From: an uncultured virus (IMG/VR IMGVR_UViG_3300042866_001374)
Taxonomy: Duplodnaviria; Heunggongvirae; Uroviricota; Caudoviricetes
Length of the DNA: 64,000 nt
Strand: one strand, 5' to 3'
Virus record (IMG/VR): IMGVR_UViG_3300042866_001374
Shown here: positions 57,839 through 64,000 of the stretch, piece by piece
Position numbering within the stretch: position 1 is the stretch's first letter
How the letters are laid out: each line of letters opens with the position of its first letter
Translations under genes and position numbers: made by a program
The notes under the pieces: generated by a model
Told to the model about the DNA's origin: nothing
What the model saw: only the letters and a program-made list of their open reading frames with translations
Database searches by the model: none

Positions 57839-58492
57839 TCAAAGGGAATTCAAAAAGTCATTGAATAAGTTTAACTTATGTTCTTCTAATTCTCTTCTTC
57901 TAGAAAGATTTTCAATTCTTTGTCTGGTTTGGTTTGCAATCTTTTCACGAAGAATTCCACCATCCCAAATCCACTCCTTACCTTCCATAATTCCCTGAAC
58001 AAAAGCATCAGGGGCAGAAGGATCGGCAACAATATCTGCTGCAGTTGCAAGCATGAAGTCTTCACCAACTTCTTTATAACCACCTTTAATATTTTCTCTT
58101 AAAGAACCAATACCACGAGAAGAAACACCGAGAGTTACTCCGTCTTTAAGAAGTGCTTCAGCAATCTTACCCATTGGGGTATGTAGGATTTGTGCTTTAC
58201 CAATAAAATTATTACCGTCTTGCTTAAGTTCAGTAATCTTATGAGAAACTCTATCGAGATTTACGGTGGGACCATCTGGGTGTCCTAGCTCCCCAAGTGC
58301 TCTACCTTTATTAACATAATCATTAGTATATCTCTTTACTTCTCTTTCCATGATAGAGAAAGGATACATTCTACCATTGCGATTTACCATTTCGCTTTGG
58401 AGGAATACTCCTGAAATATACATTTGTTTTTTACCACCAACACTCTCGGTGATAACTTCAACCTTTTCGATTTCTTCTCTGATAAGTTTCAT
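57839..58492 (-). CDS. gp21: Prohead protease (T4 gp21)
   Basis: NRNGRMYP, GELGHP, GVSSRGIGS, DIVADPSAPDAF. Confidence 0.97.
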   Translation of the reverse strand: MKLIREEIEKVEVITESVGGKKQMYISGVFLQSEMVNRNGRMYPFSIMEREVKRYTNDYVNKGRALGELGHPDGPTVNLDRVSHKITELKQDGNNFIGKAQILHTPMGKIAEALLKDGVTLGVSSRGIGSLRENIKGGYKEVGEDFMLATAADIVADPSAPDAFVQGIMEGKEWIWDGGILREKIANQTRQRIENLSRRRELEEHKLNLFNDFLNSL

Positions 58493-58496
58493 TGGT

Positions 58497-58766
58497 TTAA
58501 TTTGTAAATCCTACTTTTGTTACTTTTATTGATGATGCTGAAGCCCAAATAATATCAGTAGGTAATTTTTGTACAAATTCAACAGCACCAGTGGGCAAGG
58601 TAAATGAATAAGATGCACTTGCCCCAACAGATTCTGAAATTACAATTGTAGTTGCTGCACCAGCTCCATTGTATAATCGTACACATGTTGCAGAAAGTAT
58701 ACTTGTTCCAGCACCAGAAGAAGTTGCTAAATCAGTTTCTATAGAAAGTGGTTTTGTTACTTGCAT
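58497..58766 (-). CDS. Small hypothetical late protein
   Basis: 89 aa, beta-rich; ATAAATA upstream. Confidence 0.7.
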   Translation of the reverse strand: MQVTKPLSIETDLATSSGAGTSILSATCVRLYNGAGAATTIVISESVGASASYSFTLPTGAVEFVQKLPTDIIWASASSIKVTKVGFTN

Positions 58767-58808
58767 TATTATATAATAAAGACCTTGTTAGTTATTTATT
58801 GTTCTTTA

Positions 58809-58970
58809 TTATTCTGCATCTAGTGCAATGGAATCAAACATTGAATTTGAAACGGATGGTCTCAACACTTCGATTTTTTCTGCTGAGCGAGTGTAGAGCA
58901 AATCTTTAATCTTATCAGAAATTGTAGATGGTGCTTCATCACCAACAATCATATCTAGAAGTTCTTCCAT
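58809..58970 (-). CDS. Small acidic protein, possible prohead core component
   Basis: Manual translation MEELLDMIVGDEAPSTISDKIKDLLYTRSAEKIEVLRP… (53 aa), upstream of gp21. Confidence 0.65.
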   Translation of the reverse strand: MEELLDMIVGDEAPSTISDKIKDLLYTRSAEKIEVLRPSVSNSMFDSIALDAE

Positions 58971-58994
58971 TGATATTCTCATGAATTACTCTAG

Positions 58995-59009
58995 TATTTA
59001 GAATAAATA
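58995..59009. promoter_or_regulatory. Back-to-back late promoter motifs
   Basis: TATTTA-GA-ATAAATA gives TAAATA on both strands. Confidence 0.6.
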
Positions 59010-59034
59010 GATGACGGGTAAAATATATTTGATT

Positions 59035-59931
59035 ATGAGTTGTGATAAATTAAAAAATTTCCCTCATGTATTTTATTTTACTTTAGACAATGAAGTAAAA
59101 CGACAAAAATATATGGAGGAACAATTTAAATTATATGGCATTACATTTACAAAAATCTCAATGCCATTGGGGTTTCCAGAATACTTAAAGGAAAAAATAT
59201 TAGATGTTCATTCAGAATTAGCATCTAAACGATGTTTAGCATACAATTATTTTTTAATTGATACTTTAAGAAATTGGTATTTTGAAACAAATGAATCTTA
59301 TGTAATATTAATGGAAGATGATTATGATTTGAGTTTTATCAATCATTGGCATTTTAGTTGGGATGATCTATTAACATATCTTCCTTATGATTGGGATTCT
59401 ATACAATTGGGACATGAGTGCCCAGACATAGTTAGATTTTATTTGCATCCAGTTCAAAGTAATTATTCTCTTGGTCCAGTATTATTAAAACGAGAACATG
59501 TTGAAAAACTTTTGAATCTTTTTTATATCAATGGTAGATATAAATTTAATGGAGTTGTTGCCAACTCAATTTATATCAATAGAGAATCTGGAATAGGCGA
59601 TAATTATTTCTTTAACGATCTTGCAGGGACTCCAGATTATTTTTTATGTCAAACTGGGAATACGTATACTGTACCATTAATTCCATGTAATCCTTTTTTT
59701 AAAGGATCAACTCATGTTACTGAATGGTATCCAATGAAATCTTTTATTTGTTGTTATGAAGCATATAAAGAATGGTGGGAAAACGACAAAGATAATTTTA
59801 GTTTAAATGATTTTTTTAGTTTTGGTAAATCCAATGACAACTTAATGGAGAGAGATATTAGGCGATGGGACGATAAATATTTCCATCAAAGAGCAATCGA
59901 ACAACATAATAAGGTTATCTCTACGTTATGA
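59035..59931 (+). CDS. GT25-like glycosyltransferase, paralog 6
   Basis: YFTLDNEVKRQKYM, ILMEDD, LPYDWDSIQLG, YLHP, WW…FSLNDFFSFGK; alternative start 59011. Confidence 0.85.
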   Translation: MSCDKLKNFPHVFYFTLDNEVKRQKYMEEQFKLYGITFTKISMPLGFPEYLKEKILDVHSELASKRCLAYNYFLIDTLRNWYFETNESYVILMEDDYDLSFINHWHFSWDDLLTYLPYDWDSIQLGHECPDIVRFYLHPVQSNYSLGPVLLKREHVEKLLNLFYINGRYKFNGVVANSIYINRESGIGDNYFFNDLAGTPDYFLCQTGNTYTVPLIPCNPFFKGSTHVTEWYPMKSFICCYEAYKEWWENDKDNFSLNDFFSFGKSNDNLMERDIRRWDDKYFHQRAIEQHNKVISTL

Positions 59932-61733
59932 AAAATATATATTTTATCCAACCACAATATAGTGTTAATGTAAGAGACACTAAGAATTATTGGATGCCTT
60001 ATAGTGTTTCTTGCTTATGGAGTTATTGTAAACAATTTAAAGATATAGCAGAGTCATTTGAGTTAAAAGATATTATCTTTAAAAGAGAAAATCCAGAAGA
60101 ACTGCTAAAAAGATTAGATAATCCTACAATTTGTGCTTTTAGTTGTTACCTATGGAATGAACAATATAATCTACACCTTGCTAAACTAATAAAACAAAAA
60201 TATCCAAACTGCATTATTGAATTTGGTGGTCCCCAAGTAACCGCAAAAATGATGGAAGAAAATCCATTCATTGATTGTGTTATTCTTGGTGAAGGTGAAG
60301 AGGCATTTTTAGAATTATTGAGATGCATTAATACTGGAAATCCAATCAATAAAGTTCATGAAAGAACGAGGATAAATTCTTTAGACTTTAAAAGTCCCTA
60401 TCAATCTGGAGTCTTTGATTGGTTATATGATAAAAATCCAGATGTTATTTGGGCAGCAATTTTAGAAACAAATAGAGGTTGTCCTCACAGATGTACTTTT
60501 TGTGATTGGGGTGGAACAACTATGAGTAAAATTAATACATTTGGACTAGAGAGAGTCGCTGAAGATATTGAATGGATACGAACACATAGAGTTGCTTATG
60601 TCTTATGCGCTGATGCAAACTTTGGAATATTTAAAGAACGTGATATTGAAATAGCAAAAATGTTGCGTAAAGCAGCTGAAAATAGTTTAATTCTAGACAA
60701 TATAGATTTGCAGTATTCAAAAAATTCAAACGAATCTGCTTTTGAAATAGCAAAAATTATGGGAGAATACTCTAGAAGAGGAGTTACTTTGAGTGTTCAA
60801 AGTATGAATATGCCGACATTAAAAGCTATCAAGAGAAAGAATTTACACGTTAAAGATATTGCTGGACATGTAGAATTAGCAAAAAAACATAATGTAAAAT
60901 TATACACAGATTTAATTTTGGGGATGCCCGAAGAAACAGTAGATTCTTGGAAGGATGGAATTGATTTGTTGATGGAAAACGGGCAACATTTTTCTGTAGA
61001 CTCCTGGTTCTGCCAAGTATTTGAAAATGCTGAATTGGGTAGTGAATTTAGTAGAAAAACTTATGGTATAAAAACAATTAAAGCAGAAGATTATATATCA
61101 TTCTGTAATGATGAGTTTGATGCTACAAAAGAATATGTCGAATTAATTTGTGAGACTGATACAATGTCTAAACAAGACTTTTTTGATGCTCATATGTTTT
61201 CTTGGATAACAATTAAATTTCACTATGTTGGATACACACAAATTTTATCCAAGTATTGTCGCCATGTATTAGGAATAAGTTATAGAAAATTTTATGAATC
61301 ATTGTATGAATATACAATGAATGATTCTGGATTCTTAGGAACTGAGTTTAGGGAATATTTAAAGGCAATAAAGGAATACTTTAATACTGGAAAAGTTCCT
61401 TCTAACCACTCAAGTGGACATGGATTGGGAGTTGGTATGCCAAATGATACTTTATCTAGATTTGAAAATAAAGATAAGATACTAGATTTTGTTGAAAATT
61501 TTGCAAGGACAACTTTTAATATAGAAGAAAGTATCTTTGATATCCAGAGAAAGTTTGTTTATGACCCAGATGTAAATTATCCATATGTTGATAGTTTACC
61601 GTTTGACTTAGATACATGGGAAAAAAGAGATACAAAATATTCCATAGAAAATGAAAGAACCGAAGATGAAAGATATAATTTGTTCGTTATCAAAAGAAAG
61701 TATCTTACAAAAAATACAATGGTAAAACTATGA
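59928..61733 (+). CDS. Cobalamin-binding radical SAM enzyme A
   Basis: N-terminal B12-binding region (AFSCYLWN…IEFGGPQ), ETNRGCPHRCTFCDW (CxxxCxxC), DANFG, LILGMPEET. Confidence 0.9.
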   Translation: MKNIYFIQPQYSVNVRDTKNYWMPYSVSCLWSYCKQFKDIAESFELKDIIFKRENPEELLKRLDNPTICAFSCYLWNEQYNLHLAKLIKQKYPNCIIEFGGPQVTAKMMEENPFIDCVILGEGEEAFLELLRCINTGNPINKVHERTRINSLDFKSPYQSGVFDWLYDKNPDVIWAAILETNRGCPHRCTFCDWGGTTMSKINTFGLERVAEDIEWIRTHRVAYVLCADANFGIFKERDIEIAKMLRKAAENSLILDNIDLQYSKNSNESAFEIAKIMGEYSRRGVTLSVQSMNMPTLKAIKRKNLHVKDIAGHVELAKKHNVKLYTDLILGMPEETVDSWKDGIDLLMENGQHFSVDSWFCQVFENAELGSEFSRKTYGIKTIKAEDYISFCNDEFDATKEYVELICETDTMSKQDFFDAHMFSWITIKFHYVGYTQILSKYCRHVLGISYRKFYESLYEYTMNDSGFLGTEFREYLKAIKEYFNTGKVPSNHSSGHGLGVGMPNDTLSRFENKDKILDFVENFARTTFNIEESIFDIQRKFVYDPDVNYPYVDSLPFDLDTWEKRDTKYSIENERTEDERYNLFVIKRKYLTKNTMVKL

Positions 61734-63502
61734 AAAATCTTTACATGCTCCAACCACAATATGCGGTTGAAATTAGGAAAGAAGATACTTATTGGTTGCC
61801 ATATAGTGTCGGATGTTTATGGGCATATTGCTCACAGTTTGAAGATATAGTAAAAAACTACACATTAAAAGATCTCATATTCAGAAGAGAAGACCCAGAA
61901 GAATTAATTGATAGGTTAGATAACCCTGCAATATGTGCTTTTAGTTGTTATGTTTGGAATGAACAATACAATCTTCATGTAGCAAAATTAATCAAAGAAA
62001 GATTTCCAGAATGTATTATTGAATTTGGCGGACCACAAGCAACACATAGATTAAATGAATATGATTTTATCGACTGTATTATTGTATCAGAGGGTGAGGA
62101 AGCATTTTTAGATTTTTTAAGGAAAGTAAATAACAAAGAAAAAATTGACAAAATCTATGCAAAAAAAAGAATTGAGGATTTAAACTTTCCAAGTCCATAT
62201 CAAATTGGGGTATTCGATAAAATTATTGAAGACAACCCAGGTGTTTTATGGGCAATGACTATGGAAACTAACAGGGGTTGCCCTCATAGATGCACTTATT
62301 GTGACTGGGGTGGATTAACTTATACAAAAGTAAGGCACTTTGATATTCAAAGAGTTAAAGATGATATTGATTGGGCCAGGAAAAACAATGTTGGATTCAT
62401 TTTTAATGCTGATGCAAATTTTGGTATGTTTAAAGAACGAGATTTAGAAATTGCAAAGTTATTCAGAGAAGCAGCAGATGAAGGCAATCTTGAAGCAATA
62501 AACATACAATACTCTAAAAATTCTACTGAAGTAATTTTTGAGATAGCAAAAATACTTGGAGATATTAGTAGAGGTGTAACTTTAAGTGTACAAACCATGA
62601 ATGAACCAACACTTAAAGCAATCAAAAGAAAAAATATGAGTATTAATAAAATATCAGAACAAATTGAAAAAAGTAAAGAATATGGTGTAAAAACATATAC
62701 CGAATTGATTCTTGGTCTACCCGAAGAAACTTTAGATACTTGGAAAGATGGGTTTTCTAAAATTCTTGAATGTGGTCAGCACGAATCTATTGATGTTTGG
62801 TTTTGTCAAATGTTTGGTGATACTGAATTAAATAGTACTACTTCAAGGGAAGTTTATGGAATAAAAACAATTAAAGCGGAAGATTATGTATCTTTTGGAA
62901 ATGATAGAGATTATGATGGTGTTACTGAAACAATCGAATTAATCTCAGAAACTAATACAATGACAAATAATCAATTAATTGAAGCGTATATGTATGGATG
63001 GTTAATTGTTCAATTTCATATTGCTGGATATACTCAGATAGTTGCTAAACACTATTATGAAAATTTAAATATATCCTATCGGGTATTTTATGATACTTTA
63101 TTTGAATTTATTAAGTTGGATAATGGATTAATAGGTGAACATTATCGTGAGATTGAATCTGCGGTAAATCATTATATGAAAACTGGAAAAATATTGAAAA
63201 AAGGAAAGCATGGGCATACCTTACATGCGGGAAGTTTTGCTTTTATGTTTACGCATAAGGATGAAATTTTTAAACTCGTAGAGAATGCAACACAAAAAAT
63301 AACACCAATCAAAACAGATATTATATCTTTACAACGTGCGTTTATTTTTGACGAGGAGACTCAATATCCTTTTTATCTCACATGTGAAGATAAAAAGTAC
63401 AAAATAGATACTGAATTCAAATCATTTGATAAGAATGATCCTCATACTGTGTTTATTTTGCGGCGCAAAGGTCTATTGAAGAATCAATTATGTAAGGTTT
63501 GA
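61730..63502 (+). CDS. Cobalamin-binding radical SAM enzyme B (paralog of A)
   Basis: AFSCYVWN…IEFGGPQ, ETNRGCPHRCTYCDW, DANFG, LILGLPEET; ATGA overlap with A. Confidence 0.9.
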   Translation: MKNLYMLQPQYAVEIRKEDTYWLPYSVGCLWAYCSQFEDIVKNYTLKDLIFRREDPEELIDRLDNPAICAFSCYVWNEQYNLHVAKLIKERFPECIIEFGGPQATHRLNEYDFIDCIIVSEGEEAFLDFLRKVNNKEKIDKIYAKKRIEDLNFPSPYQIGVFDKIIEDNPGVLWAMTMETNRGCPHRCTYCDWGGLTYTKVRHFDIQRVKDDIDWARKNNVGFIFNADANFGMFKERDLEIAKLFREAADEGNLEAINIQYSKNSTEVIFEIAKILGDISRGVTLSVQTMNEPTLKAIKRKNMSINKISEQIEKSKEYGVKTYTELILGLPEETLDTWKDGFSKILECGQHESIDVWFCQMFGDTELNSTTSREVYGIKTIKAEDYVSFGNDRDYDGVTETIELISETNTMTNNQLIEAYMYGWLIVQFHIAGYTQIVAKHYYENLNISYRVFYDTLFEFIKLDNGLIGEHYREIESAVNHYMKTGKILKKGKHGHTLHAGSFAFMFTHKDEIFKLVENATQKITPIKTDIISLQRAFIFDEETQYPFYLTCEDKKYKIDTEFKSFDKNDPHTVFILRRKGLLKNQLCKV

Positions 63503-64000
63503 ATGCTTGCAATGCCTCATCCCACAAAATACGATGTTCATAATCTTTATCCTTGTCAATTAAAGCAATAGTTACTGTAAATCTTTTATCATCTGTTGGA
63601 TTATGTGAACTATGTAATGGACCAACATTCACTAATCCGCATGTGCCTATCTCTACCTCATATTCTTTTTTACAGTATTCTTCTCTACTGACTAAAACTT
63701 GTCCATGATAATGATCATCAGTTCTATCTCCAACACTATATTGATTACGTTCTGGTATAACTGTTGAATAAACTTGCTCAGCACTGGTACTTACTCTTAA
63801 AACCATATCCGATGTCCACCATCTCATGGTGCTTCCTTTTGCACCAAATTGAAATATTAGTTTTGCCCAATCAGCATAATAAACATTATCAGAATGTATA
63901 ACTCCATCATCATGTGGTGGAGTATAAAAAAATTCTATCCAGTGTGATGTAAATCCCAAACTATTCAACCAGGGTAAAATTTTATCATTACCCAGGTCTT
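63453..64000 (-). CDS. Cupin / 2OG-Fe(II) oxygenase-like protein, 3' part (frame open to window edge)
   Basis: FFYTPP…IHSD (HxD), LVNVGPLHSSHNP..KRFTVT. Confidence 0.6.
   Translation of the reverse strand, partial: DLGNDKILPWLNSLGFTSHWIEFFYTPPHDDGVIHSDNVYYADWAKLIFQFGAKGSTMRWWTSDMVLRVSTSAEQVYSTVIPERNQYSVGDRTDDHYHGQVLVSREEYCKKEYEVEIGTCGLVNVGPLHSSHNPTDDKRFTVTIALIDKDKDYEHRILWDEALQAFKPYIIDSSIDLCAAK

Noticed and set aside
1..64000. CRISPR array, integrase, transposase or reverse transcriptase
   Set aside because: No regularly spaced repeats or diagnostic motifs seen

Overview
This is a 64 kb segment of a T4-like cyanomyovirus genome; the accessory gene content suggests a freshwater cyanophage (inference). 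Almost all genes lie on the minus strand. The core content is the head module (gp21, gp22, gp23, gp3), UvsY/UvsW, late sigma gp55, gp47/gp46, a vWA-peptidase and MoxR/CobS-like ATPase pair, gp45/gp44/gp62, RegA, Dam, Hsp20, gp43, UvsX, gp41, MazG, primase, nrdAB, a GIY-YIG endonuclease, two candidate lysins, an autotransporter-like outer-membrane protein and one tRNA-Leu(UAG). Two AT-rich enzyme islands stand out. The first (about 22.0-30.9 kb, between gp41 and mazG) encodes a nucleotide-sugar dehydrogenase, an amidinotransferase, five tandem GT25-like glycosyltransferases, a compact DegT-type aminotransferase, a sulfotransferase and two 2OG-Fe(II) oxygenases. The second (59.0-64 kb, on the opposite strand next to the head genes) encodes a sixth GT25 paralog and two tandem cobalamin-binding radical SAM enzymes behind a T4-type late promoter motif. 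Together they look like a split, probably late-expressed pathway that builds and attaches a heavily tailored glycan (uronic acid, amino/guanidino, sulfate, possibly methyl). The acceptor is unknown. All family assignments come from visual motif recognition, not database searches.
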